The translations under genes and the position numbers were made by a program. The notes below the pieces were generated by a model. It saw nothing but the letters and a program-made list of their open reading frames with translations, had not been told where the DNA came from and searched no databases. 64,000 nt of DNA from Heterodontus francisci (Eukaryota), in contig NC_090397.1 of NCBI RefSeq assembly GCF_036365525.1, forward strand, positions 42,413,679 through 42,477,678, written 5' to 3'. Below are positions 12,520-24,309 of the stretch, one piece after another (position 1 is the first letter of the stretch; every line of letters starts with the position of its first letter).

Positions 12520-12789
12520 GGACACTTTCACCCCGCAGGATGGGCGGACACTCTTTCAACGTGGACACTTTCACCCCGCAGGATGAGCGGACACTCTTTC
12601 ATCGTGGACACTTCCGCCCCGCAGGATGGGCGGACACTCTTTCATCGAGGACACTTCCGCCCCGCAGGATGGTCGGACACTCTTTCAACTTGGACACTTC
12701 CGCCCCGCAGAACGGGCGGACTACTTTTCATCGTGAACACTGCGGGGCGGATATTCTTTCATCGCGGATACTTCCGCCCCGCAGAATGG
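12520..12789 (+). repeat. 43-bp tandem array (5 full, 1 deleted, 1 partial unit) at the SAYSD1 promoter and start
   Basis: Units start at 12520, 12563, 12606, 12649, 12692, 12735 and 12766; consensus GGACACTTCCGCCCCGCAGGATGGGCGGACACTCTTTCATCGT, containing ETS (CACTTCCG) and GC-box (CCGCCCC, GGGCGG) motifs. Confidence 0.9.
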
Positions 12790-12953
12790 AGGGCAAGTTG
12801 GCAGAATGGCGAGTGCGGCAGAGGACGCTGGAAAAGCTGCCAAGTGACAGCAGCTTTTGGAGAAGTTGCAGGGTTTTCAGTGCTTTGTGGAACAGGCTGC
12901 CGAGAGATGAGTCAGAGTCCCAGCAGCGGCCCCGAGACACGGCCGGGAGCCGA
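12786..12953 (+). CDS. SAYSD1: SAYSD1 exon 1 (56 codons)
   Basis: MEGKLAEWRVRQR.. resembles the SAYSD1 N-terminus MEQRLAEFRAAR; CpG-rich; CGA|GTGAGT phase-0 donor fits exon 2. Confidence 0.8.
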
Positions 12954-13080
12954 GTGAGTGAGTGAGGCCGCGGGTCCGGGAGGCCCAGGACAGCCTTTTG
13001 TATGTGGACTGAGTCTCCCTCTTGTCCAGTCTCTGACTCCGAGATCTGGCCCGAACCGTCTTCTCAGCACCCTTGAACCG

Positions 13081-15975
13081 CCACCCCTTTCATCCCCATC
13101 CCCCCCCCCCCTTTCATCCCCCCCCCCTTTCATCCCCCCCCCCTTTCATCCCCATCCCCCCCCCCTTTCATCCCCATCCCCCCCCCCTTTCATCCCCATC
13201 CCCCCCCCTTTCATCCCCATCCCCCTCCCCTTTCATCCCCATCCCCCCCCTTTCATCCCCATCCCCCCCCCTTTCATCCCCATCCCCCCCCCTTTCATCC
13301 CCATCCCCCCCCCCTTTCATCCCCATCCCCCCCCCCTTTCATCCCCATCCCCCCCCCCTTTCATCCCCATCCCCCCCCCCTTTCATCCCCATCCCCCCCC
13401 CCTTTCATCCCCATCCCCCCCCCCTTTCATCCCCATCCCCCCCCCTTTCATCCCCATCCCCCCCCCTTTCATCCCCATCCCCCCCCCTTTCATCCCCATC
13501 CCCCCCCCCCTTTCATCCCCATCCCCCCCCTTTCATCCCCATCCCCCCCCTTTCATCCCCATCCCCCCCCCTTTCATCCCCATCCCCCCCCCTTTCATCC
13601 CCATCCCCCCCCCTTTCATCCCCATCCCCCCCCCTTTCATCCCCATCCCCCCCCTTTCATCCCCATCCCCCCCCTTTCATCCCCATCCCCCCCCTTTCAT
13701 CCCCATCCCCCCCCTTTCATCCCCATCCCCCCCCTTTCATCCCCGTCCCCCCCCTTTCATCCCCGTCCCCCCCCTTTCATCCCCGTCCCCCCCCTTTCAT
13801 CCCCGTCCCCCCCCTTTCATCCCCGTCCCCCCCCTTTCATCCCCGTCCCCCCCCTTTCATCCCCGTCCCCCCCCTTTCATCCCCGTCCCCCCCCTTTCAT
13901 CCCCGTCCCCCCCCTTTCATCCCCGTCCCCCCCCTTTCATCCCCGTCCCCCCCCTTTCATCCCCGTCCCCCCCCTTTCATCCCCGTCCCCCCCCTTTCAT
14001 CCCCGTCCCCCCCCTTTCATCCCCGTCCCCCCCCTTTCATCCCCGTCCCCCCCCTTTCATCCCCGTCCCCCCCCTTTCATCCCCGTCCCCCCCCTTTCAT
14101 CCCCGTCCCCCCCCTTTCATCCCCGTCCCCCCCCTTTCATCCCCGTCCCCCCCCTTTCATCCCCGTCCCCCCCCTTTCATCCCCGTCCCCCCCCTTTCAT
14201 CCCCGTCCCCCCCCTTTCATCCCCGTCCCCCCCCTTTCATCCCCGTCCCCCCCCTTTCATCCCCGTCCCCCCCCTTTCATCCCCGTCCCCCCCCTTTCAT
14301 CCCCGTCCCCCCCCTTTCATCCCCGTCCCCCCCCTTTCATCCCCGTCCCCCCCCTTTCATCCCCGTCCCCCCCCTTTCATCCCCGTCCCCCCCCTTTCAT
14401 CCCCGTCCCCCCCCTTTCATCCCCGTCCCCCCCCTTTCATCCCCGTCCCCCCCCTTTCATCCCCGTCCCCCCCCTTTCATCCCCGTCCCCCCCCTTTCAT
14501 CCCCGTCCCCCCCCTTTCATCCCCGTCCCCCCCCTTTCATCCCCGTCCCCCCCTTTCATCCCCGTCCCCCCCCTTTCATCCCCGTCCCCCCCCTTTCATC
14601 CCCGTCCCCCCCCTTTCATCCCCGTCCCCCCCCTTTCATCCCCGTCCCCCCCCTTTCATCCCCGTCCCCCCCTTTCATCCCCGTCCCCCCCCTTTCATCC
14701 CCGTCCCCCCCCCTTTCATCCCCGTCCCCCCCCTTTCATCCCCGTCCCCCCCCCTTTCATCCCCGTCCCCCCCCCTTTCATCCCCGTCCCCCCCCCTTTC
14801 ATCCCCGTCCCCCCCCCTTTCATCCCCGTCCCCCCCCCTTTCATCCCCGTCCCCCCCCCTTTCATCCCCGTCCCCCCCCCTTTCATCCCCGTCCCCCCCC
14901 CTTTCATCCCCGTCCCCCCCCCTTTCATCCCCGTCCCCCCCCCTTTCATCCCCGTCCCCCCCCCTTTCATCCCCGTCCCCCCTCCTTTCATCCCCGTCCC
15001 CCCTCCTTTCATCCCCGTCCCCCCTCCTTTCATCCCCGTCCCCCCCCCTTTCATCCCCGTCCCCCCCCCTTTCATCCCCGTCCCCCCCCCTTTCATCCCC
15101 GTCCCCCCCCCTTTCATCCCCGTCCCCCCCCCTTTCATCCCCGTCCCCCCCCCTTTCATCCCCGTCCCCCCCCCTTTCATCCCCGTCCCCCCCCCTTTCA
15201 TCCCCGTCCCCCCCCCTTTCATCCCCGTCCCCCCCCCTTTCATCCCCGTCCCCCCCCCTTTCATCCCCGTCCCCCCCCCTTTCATCCCCGTCCCCCCCCC
15301 CTTTCATCCCCGTCCCCCCCCCTTTCATCCCCGTCCCCCCCCTTTCATCCCCGTCCCCCCCCCTTTCATCCCCGTCCCCCCCCCTTTCATCCCCGTCCCC
15401 CCCCCTTTCATCCCCGTCCCCCCCCCTTTCATCCCCGTCCCCCCCCCTTTCATCCCCGTCCCCCCCCCTTTCATCCCCGTCCCCCCCCCTTTCATCCCCG
15501 TCCCCCCCCCTTTCATCCCCGTCCCCCCCCCTTTCATCCCCGTCCCCCCCCCTTTCATCCCCGTCCCCCCCCCTTTCATCCCCGTCCCCCCCCCTTTCAT
15601 CCCCGTCCCCCCCCCTTTCATCCCCGTCCCCCCCCCTTTCATCCCCGTCCCCCCCCCCTTTCATCCCCGTCCCCCCCCCTTTCATCCCCGTCCCCCCCCT
15701 TTCATCCCCGTCCCCCCCCTTTCATCCCCGTCCCCCCCCTTTCATCCCCGTCCCCCCCCCTTTCATCCCCGTCCCCCCCTTTTCATCCCCGTCCCCCCCC
15801 TTTCATCCCCGTCCCCCCCCCTTTCATCCCCGTCCCCCCCCCTTTCATCCCCGTCCCCCCCCCTTTCATCCCCGTCCCCCCCCCTTTCATCCCCGTCCCC
15901 CCCCCTTTCATCCCCGTCCCCCCCTTTCATCCCCGTCCCCCCCTTTCATCCCCGTCCCCCCCCCCTTTCATCCCT
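13081..15975. repeat. C-rich minisatellite, unit about 20-21 bp (CCCC(A/G)T C8-9 TTTCAT), roughly 140 copies
   Basis: Read directly; 5' block has CCCCATC, remainder CCCCGTC; homogeneous 20-bp block at about 13680-14540, then 21-bp units. Confidence 0.98.
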
Positions 15976-16155
15976 TGACCCCCAAGCCACACCCTCTTAC
16001 TCAGCTGATAAATACATAGGAAGGTTCTTTGCTCTGCACAATCTAACTGCCCTGAATATTTTATTTGTGTGTTCACTACTTTATATGTAAGTGTATTTAA
16101 CTTCTGAAAATACATAATTGGAAGCCGAGTAGTAGTGCAGGATTTCTTCCCAAAA

Positions 16156-17214
16156 ATCCATCAGGATGAAATTTATCAGACAGCTGTTTTTGTTACAACT
16201 GCCTCCAGTAGCACTTGTAAAAAGTAAGTGCCACACGTACACGTGAATGGAGAGAGATTTCATTTGTAAAACTGGTCCTTTAAACTATGTCACAGTTGAA
16301 TGTTTACTTTTCATAAAATTTCTAAAAGTCCATTCCATAACATTTCGAATTGGTCATTGAAGAAAGTGCTATATGGTTCGTGTTGATTCCACAAAGCTTG
16401 TGGCATAGTGCAGGATAGGATATCGACAGCAGAGTTTTGGATGAGCTGCATTTTTGCAGTGGGTGCTGGATGGGAGGTTGGTTAGGGAACATTGGAATAG
16501 TCAAGTCTGGAGATTCTCTCAGTAATCAACAAATATCTTTCACACTGTGATATCTGTGTCTGGAACTAACAAACTGAACTCTACTTCATTGGCAGTGCTG
16601 TGCCTTTGCAGTTTGCACGTTCTGATAGTGTTATCTATTTATTGCCATCACATTGCATGCATGGGCACCATTTATCTTGAATTTACAATTTTAAATTGTA
16701 AATTTTTTTATATATTTATTTATGGGATGTGAGCGTCACTGGTGAGGCCAGCATTTATTGCCAATCCCTAATTGCCCTTGAACTGAGTGGCTTTCAAGGC
16801 CATTTCAGAGGTCATTTTTAAGAGTCACCACATTGCTGTGGATCTGGACTGGAGTCACATGTCGGCCAGACCAGGTAAGGATGGCAGATTTCCTTCCTTA
16901 AAGGACATTAGTGAACCAGATGGATTTTTACAACAATCGACAATTGTTGATTGTTGACTGTGACATCATCATTAGACTAGCTTTTAATATATATGCAGTA
17001 TGTTGTTTTTAAATCTGCCTACACATTTCACAAAAAGTTAAACTTCACTTTTGCCCTCATTAGTCAACACTGAACTGTGACATAGCTTAAAGGACCAGTT
17101 TTGTAAATGAAATCTCTCTCCATTCATGTGTACGTGTGGGGCTTACTTTTTGCAGGTGCTGCTGGAGGCAGTTGTAACAAGAACAGTTGTCTGATAAATT
17201 TCATCCTGATGGAT
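16156..17214. repeat. Inverted repeat with 142-bp arms (16156-16297 and 17073-17214)
   Basis: Manual pairing gives 131/142 Watson-Crick pairs with no gaps; near-identical peptides appear in ORFs 16081-16263(-) and 17107-17370(+). Confidence 0.95.
16722..16980 (-). mobile_element. LINE 3'-end-related repeat
   Basis: Shares GGGATGTG..GGCCAGCATTTATTGCC..ATCCCTAATTGCCCTTGA with the copies at 24310, 29596 and 31463. Confidence 0.6.
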
Positions 17215-20189
17215 GGTGTAATCTTCAAAGGAGTTGGAAGAGATTCAACCTTGGGAGGCTTAAGATGGACACTACAGAGGTTTCCTTTTTGTCAGAAAAT
17301 TTTTCCTTTCAATATTACATTCAATTGGATGGGTGGTATAAATGAGATCTCTCCCTTACGTGGGTTGTGAGCAGTGGAAATGTCTTTTGTGTTTCTATCA
17401 TTGAAAAATGACAAAAAATTAAGAATATTGCTAGGTTTAAAAAGGGATCCTAATGAAAGTTAATTACAAACTCTTAAACAACATGAACAATGTTTTCCTA
17501 TACTTTTTTTCCCCTCTTCTATGTGCTACTGACTGTAATTCACTGAGGATTTAATCTCTGAATTATCCCATTAGCTCGATTCTTAGAAATTAAAATCTTA
17601 TTTCACAAAGTGGAATTGAGTAGCCTCCAGGGCACGTCATGTGAAACAGACCCCATCTTCCCTGATGAAACAGAATGATCGAGTGCTTATTGCACATGAG
17701 TCAGCCCTGAATAATTTACATCTAACTAATACTGTTTAATGTTCTATGAAGCTTTATTCACTTGTTTCTTTTCCTGAAATTATCTCTATTTCTATTTGTT
17801 CTCAGGATGTGGGCAATGCTGGCAAGGCCTCGTTTATTACCTGTCCTTAGGTGTTCTGAGAAGATTTTGTGGGGGCCTATTTGAAACACTGCAGTCCTTG
17901 CAGTGATTGTGCTCCCGCAGTGGTATTGGGTAGACTGGGGCGCTCAACTTTTTTGCTTCTGAAGCCATCTTGCTTTGTTATAAAAATTCCACCCATCCCC
18001 TGTAACGTAACAAGTATTTTTTCCAGCATTCGTGGTATTTTGCTTGTATATAAGTAAAGCTCAAGAATCCCTCCCCTCCCCAAGAAAGGTTATACATGGG
18101 AACAGTACAGATAGAAATCAAAAAAGCAACATCTACATTGTGGATGGGGATAAAATTATAAAATGATGAAGCTAAGAGACCTATGAGACTTGTGTATTAA
18201 GAGTGAGTTCCTCATATTGGTTATACATGTGACTTAATGTGGATGATGCTGATGGTTAATCACTGCCTCGTGCATTGAGAAGAGCTGCAATCCACCAAAC
18301 TCTGTGATGATAAACTTGACACTCACCATTGCCCAGAATTCTTTGTAACTGCTCGTTCCTTACTCGACCTAATTGCCTACAGATAAAAGCACTGGATACT
18401 GGGCACTGAGCAGCACGATATCCCATCCTGAACTGCCTTGCTCGAGGTCTGCTGAGGCCTGCATCATTTTCCTTAACCTGCTTCAAGGCCTGCTGTACAG
18501 CTCTGGGGCCATTAACATGCCACCGCATGGTGTATGCAGGCCATGAATGCAGACGAAGGTCTGCAGCGCTGTTACATTTACCACTACGTGTGCGCAGCCA
18601 GAATAAGGAGAAGGTGGCAGAAAGAAGGCAAAAAAAAATGAATAGTTGGATTTTACCAACAGCGGCGCCAGAGGTGGGGAGCAAATGGCAGTTTCAATGG
18701 TGCAAATGGCAATGTGCAGATACCTTGAAACCTTCTCACGGCCACTATTGGGCCAAGGGCTCCCATTGAGAATCCTGAGTTGACACTTCTGGTGATGATG
18801 AAGGAATGACGATGTATGTCCGAGTTGTGGTAATGTGTGTCTTGGAGGAGACCTTGAATGTGTTGGTGTTGCCATGAAATTGCTGCAGCTGACCTTCTTG
18901 ATGGTAGAAATTGCAAGGGAAGGAGTTGCTGTTGCAGTAATCTTAGTGGCATGCTCTGTTCATCCTGTAGATCAGACATGCTTAATTCACAGTGTATTGG
19001 TGATGGGAGGGGGTGGGAAGGATAAAGCAAGATAGATGGTAAGGTTTTTTCTTCCTGAGTGTTTCAGCTTCTCTCATCCAGACAAATAGTGACTATTACA
19101 TCATACTACTGACCTGAACCTTGTAGACGGTGGCGAGGTTTTGTGAGGTCAAGTGCTGAACTAACCATTGCCTTGCTTTTGTAGCCATGGTGTTGCAATC
19201 ACTTTGGAAGGGAATTGAGTGGGTTTCCATCACTTGATATACCCCACTACTGCACTGTATTTCTCACTCTGTTTATACTGGAGGACGAAGCAAGTTTATA
19301 TTTCCTGCTGCCCAACTACAAGTACAGAATGCTCATAGTTGGGCAGCTGGAGACACGATGAAAATACAAACTTGTTTTGTCTTTCAGTAAAATAGAACTA
19401 CATTCTTGAAATAAAAAGTACCCTCTAGAGTAAGATAACATTAGGATCCCATTCGGAGCCCTTTTTGCTGCTGTGCTTGTTGCAGCATGTTTCCTGTAGG
19501 TGCCGGGGTCACCTTCGGGATCTCCAAACGGGCACCCAGAATCCAAAAAGATGAAGGTAGTGTAAGCATTGTTTTTTGGACTGTGCCTGCTGAACAACTA
19601 TTCACATTTTGTCAGTTATTTAAAAGATTTGCACTTCAACTCCACATGGTTGGAAGTAAGTGACTGAAGATTCAGTCTATAATCAGGCTGGAGTGATTGA
19701 CCACCTTCAGTGCTGCAAGGTTCTCATTCAGTCCATCGTGGCTGTTCCAGTTCTTTGAGTTATCCAAGTAGGACCAGTCCCCCCTCTTTCCCCAAAGCCC
19801 TGCACAGTTTTTACTTTTCAAGTATTCAATTCCCTTTTGAAAGTTGTTATTGAATCTGTTGGCACCATCCTATCAGTTGGTTCTGATGCCGAGTTGACTT
19901 ACCTATTTTCCTTGGGAACATTATTGTACCATAGCTTGGTTTGTCTGACTGTATTTGGCGTTCATTTTGGTTGTGATCCTGGTTGTTTTTACTATTTTAC
20001 TGTTGCTGTCATTGTAATTAATCTGATCACATACCTGTCCTGCACTTGTCACTTGTCAATGAAAATGTAAAACCAAACATTTGACAGTTTTGTACACCAA
20101 GAAAGAAACTGAGTGATCAGCATAATTGGTCCTCAGTCCAATCACAGCTTAAAACTAGAAGTTCAGAAATTATTATTTTTTTTTTGCAG

Positions 20190-20525
20190 GTAAAGAAAGA
20201 AGATGGCCAGAATTGGTTCCAAGAGAGATTTGTGACGCAGCCTGTTGAATCTGATCACTCTGTCTTCACAATTGTGACTATCCTGAAATTCCTGCTCTGG
20301 CTGGTCCTACTCGGCCTCTTCATTGAGCTGGAGTTCGGCCTGGCATATTTTGTACTGTCGATGTTTTATTGGATTTACATTGGGACACGAGACCCATCCA
20401 AAAAGAAGCAAGGTGAAATTAGTGCATACTCTGTGTTTAACCCTGGCTGTAAGGCTATTGAAGGGAGTCTGACAGCAGAACAGTTTGAGCGAGAACTTCA
20501 GTACAGACCCCTAGCTGGCAGATGA
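20190..20525 (+). CDS. SAYSD1: SAYSD1 exon 2 (hydrophobic hairpin and SAYSVFN motif, stop codon)
   Basis: Poly-T-GCAG acceptor; LKFLLWLVLLGLFIELEFGLAYFVLSMFYWIY..GEISAYSVFNPGCKAIEGSLTAEQFEREL. Confidence 0.97.
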   Translation, partial: VKKEDGQNWFQERFVTQPVESDHSVFTIVTILKFLLWLVLLGLFIELEFGLAYFVLSMFYWIYIGTRDPSKKKQGEISAYSVFNPGCKAIEGSLTAEQFERELQYRPLAGR

Positions 20526-20719
20526 CTCTGGCCTGAGGAAAACTTTTATTTTATTGTACTAAATGTTCATAGGGGTTATATGTACCTGAAGTAACCAACA
20601 CAGTTCTTAGTGTGCTCCTGTAGTCCCTTAACCTATGTAGGTTAACAGTTAGTAGGTATCATCCAGGCTGCAGATTGTGCACAGGTTACATGAAGGGATT
20701 TTGGTGATTATTTAATTAC

Positions 20720-20725
20720 AATAAA
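20720..20725 (+). terminator. Candidate SAYSD1 polyadenylation signal
   Basis: First AATAAA after the stop codon; further hexamers at about 21100-21200. Confidence 0.4.
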
Positions 20726-21744
20726 AGGCAACAGTTAAATTGACATTTTTTTACTTCGAAGTTTTAGTGCCACTGAATGTATTTTACTGTAATTGTGGCT
20801 GCACACTCTCCATTAAGACAGGAATACTGTACAGGTGGCAATGTACTTCCAGCATTTAAATGAAAGTGTGCTGCATTAAATAATCTAAGTGCCCTGCAAC
20901 TTGCCTGGAAAATGCCAGTTGTCCTGCATTCCTTCCTCTGCTTTTCTGTTTTAATGCATAGATTGGGTTACAAAGCAGTAATAAGTCTGTGGTCATATAA
21001 CCTTATAAATTATGAGTAAAACTCAGGCAATTTATTGATGTTACCTGTTCCCTGCAAACCACATTTCCACCCATGATGCTCGTAACAATAGCTATAGACA
21101 ATAAAGGATATTTCTTACATTTTACAAAACAGAAGTACGCAAAGTTGCTGCAATAAATATTGACCTTGCCAGTGGGACACATCCCATGAACGAATAAAGA
21201 AGTGGTACACAAAGTAATTTTGTGTCAGTCATATGACAAGCTCCCATCTCTTATCACATGATTCAAGCTGAAGTTCCACACATTAGTTTCTTGTAACATC
21301 ACAAATTGCTTTCTCGATTGCTGCAGGATTGCATCCAGTTGTTCAAGTGGCCAGCAGAATTTCGTCTCGGATGTGAACCAGACTTACTACCTGACACCCC
21401 TCTTCCATTCTACATTCCAATTTCTTATGTTTCAGTTTTGTTTTCAGGCTACCAATGACAAATATCTGTGTGTAGATGTAGTGTTCATCACTTATCCTGT
21501 CACTCTACAAGAGAAAAATAAAGGAGGAACCTGCATTTCCAAATCACTTTGCAGTGTGGGCAAATGTGGTAGCCAATCTGTGCACAGCAAGGTGCCACAT
21601 GCAACACTGAAATCAGTGCCCAGGTAAACTGCTTTTGCTTTATTGGTTGAGTGCTTTAGTGTTGACCAGTACACTGGGAGAATTCTGCCCCTCTTCAAAA
21701 GGTGCAAAGGGATCTTCTACATTAACACAAACTTGCATTCATAT

Positions 21745-23365
21745 ATGGCTACCTTGACTACATTTCCTCACACCTTGCCTCCTGTAAGGACTCCATTCCA
21801 TTCTCTGTCTCTGACGCCTCTGCTCTGATGATGCAAACATCCACAACAGCGCTTCTGATATGTCTTCCTTTTTCCTTAACTGAGGAATTCCCCCATCCAC
21901 TGTGGTTGACAGGGCCCTCAACTGTGTCCGGCCCATTTTCCACACCTCTGCTCTCACCCCTTCCCCTCCCTCCCAGAAAGGCGATAGGGTTCCCCTTGTT
22001 CTCACTTTCTACCCCACAAACCTCCACATTCAAAGGATCATCCTCCACCGTGTCCAGCATGATGCCACTACCAAATGTATCTTCCTCTCCCCTGTCAGCA
22101 TTCTGAAGGGATTGTTCCCTCCGCGACACCCTGATCCACTCCTCCATTACCCCCGACACCTCATTCCCTTCCCACGGCCCCTTCCCTTGCAATCGCAGGA
22201 GGTGTAATACCTGCTCTTTTACCTCCTCTCTCCACAATCCAATGCCCTAAATGCCTCTTTCAGGTGAAGCAACAATTTACTTGTACTTCTTTCAATATAG
22301 TATATGCGCTGCTTACAACGTGGTGGTCTCTACATTGGGGAGACCAAACGCAGATTGGGCGATCGCTTTGCAGTGAAGGCCTGCTATCCGACCCGAACCT
22401 GACGCCGGCCTTCCGAGTTCGGCTTTCGGGCTCAGACCAGGTCCGGGTCGGACGCACACTGCGAGAATTGCAGCTAAGTGTTAAAAGTAAACAACTGACC
22501 TGAGCTGGGAGTCCGGGACATCAAAAAAGGAAACTCTGAGTCTCTGTGATGTCATCACGCACATGCTGCAGCTTCCTGAAGATTGGGAGTGGCAAGGTAA
22601 GTAAAGGGAACATTCCAGTGGTCGAGTCAGGCGCATGAAAAATTGGAGGGACACGGGCCGGGTGGGGCTCGGGTCCGATGTGGGTCCTGTTGCGTTCAGG
22701 TCAGATTTTTTTCCCCTGACCTGAGCAGGCCTTTACTTTGCAGAACACCTTCGCTCAGTCCAAAAACATGATCCTGAGCTTCCTGTCGCTTGCCATTTCA
22801 ACCCCCCCAGCCCCCTGCTCTCACGCCCGCATATCTGTCATGGGATTGCTGCAGTGTTCCAGTGATCATCAACGCAAGCTCGGGGAACAGCACCTCATTT
22901 ACCGATTAGGCATTAGCCTATGGACTGAACATCGAGTTCAATAATACCCCCCCACCCCCCAGCCTTTTTTAAGTTTTAGTTTTTTTAAAATTTCATTTTA
23001 TATTGGTTTCCATCATTACACTTTTTTTTAACCATGTGCCTGCCTACTGTTTTTTCATGTTTATGCTTGTAACTAGGGCTTTCATTGTTCTGTCATTTAA
23101 CAGCCTCTCTGCACTAATGCTTTGTCTTTCACCACACTATTAACACACTCCGTGTCAGTTATTCTCTGTGACCCTCTGTCCTATCAACACCTTCCCATTT
23201 GTTCTCTTTTGCCCAACCTCCACTTTATTTGCTTAAAACCTATTACATTTCTAACCTTTGCCAGTTCTGATGGAAGGTCACTGACCTGAAACGTTAACTC
23301 TGCTTCTCTCTCCACAGATGCTGGTAGATCTGCTGAGTATTTCCAGCACTTTGTTTTGGTTTTAT
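21745..23365 (+). mobile_element. Degenerate Penelope-like element interrupted by a MITE
   Basis: Homologous to the 45623-47965 element (DRVPLVLTF, YIGETKR); 3' region has a hammerhead variant CTGATGG at 23267. Confidence 0.85.
22374..22735. mobile_element. Non-autonomous hAT-type MITE
   Basis: TIRs TGAAGGCCTGCT and AGCAGGCCTTTA; perfect 8-bp TSD CTTTGCAG (22366-22373, 22736-22743); subterminal CCCGA/TCGGG repeats. Confidence 0.85.
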
Positions 23366-23905
23366 TGCACTCATATAGTACCTTTAAGGTAGCAAAATGT
23401 GCCAAGGTGCATCCCAGAAATGTTATAAAACAAAATTTGGCATTGAACCATTTTGAGGCAGATGATGGAAAGCTTGATTAGAGAGATAGCTTTTAAGGGG
23501 CATCTTGAAGGAGGTGGGGTGGAGATGTTTCGGGAAGCAATTCTAGAGCTTAGGGCCTTGGCAGCTGAAGACATGTCTGCAATAGTGGAGCTTTTGAAAT
23601 TGGGGATTCTCAAGGCCAGACCGGGAGGGGCACAGATATCTTGAGGGTTGTAGGGCTTGAGATTACAGCGATAGGGAGGCATGAGGCAATGGAGGGACTT
23701 GAAAGCAAGCGTGAGAATTTTAAAATCGAGCCTTTGCCTGCCTGAAAGCCAGTGTAGTGGTGATGAATGAACAGAATTTGGTGTGAATTAGGACGCAGGC
23801 AGGAAGGAGTTTTGGATGACAAGTTTACAGAGGGGGAGGATGGTCAGGCGTGTATTGGAATAGTCAAGTCCAAAGGTAACAGGCATTGTTGAGGGTTTCA
23901 GCAGC
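23366..23905 (-). mobile_element. L2-like LINE 3' fragment
   Basis: Reverse-complement similarity to 34225-34680 and same-strand similarity to 52010-52560; L2-type 3' end. Confidence 0.55.
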
Positions 23906-24309
23906 ACCACCACCTTAAACATTCACTCTCTGTACCACCCATGCATAGTAGCAGCAGTGTGTACCATCTACAAGATGCAGTGCAGCAACTCGCCATGCTT
24001 CCTTCGACAGCAGCTTCCAAACCCGTGACCTCTTTCACCTAGAAGGACGACCACTGTCTCAGGGTCAGGTGATGTTGCAGAATTGGAAATAGGCGGTCTT
24101 AGTGTTAGGGTAGGCTGATGGGGCCTTTGTTGAACGGCTCATCCAAAAGATGCTGCCTCCCAAAGTGTAGCACTGCTCTGTACTTCACTGAAATAGAACC
24201 CACACCTGACATGGAGACAAGATACTACTGCTGAGTTGAGACAGGCATCCAAGTAAGAAAATGCTATTCTATTATCCATACCATGTGTGAAATTTTTTAA
24301 AATGTATTT

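Noticed and set aside
12520-12789. CRISPR-like repeat array
   Set aside because: Contiguous tandem units with no unique spacers; vertebrate DNA with no cas genes.
12958-16090. Proline-rich ORFs of about 1000 aa and antisense Gly-rich ORFs
   Set aside because: Artefacts of a stop-poor minisatellite inside the SAYSD1 intron, open in multiple frames.
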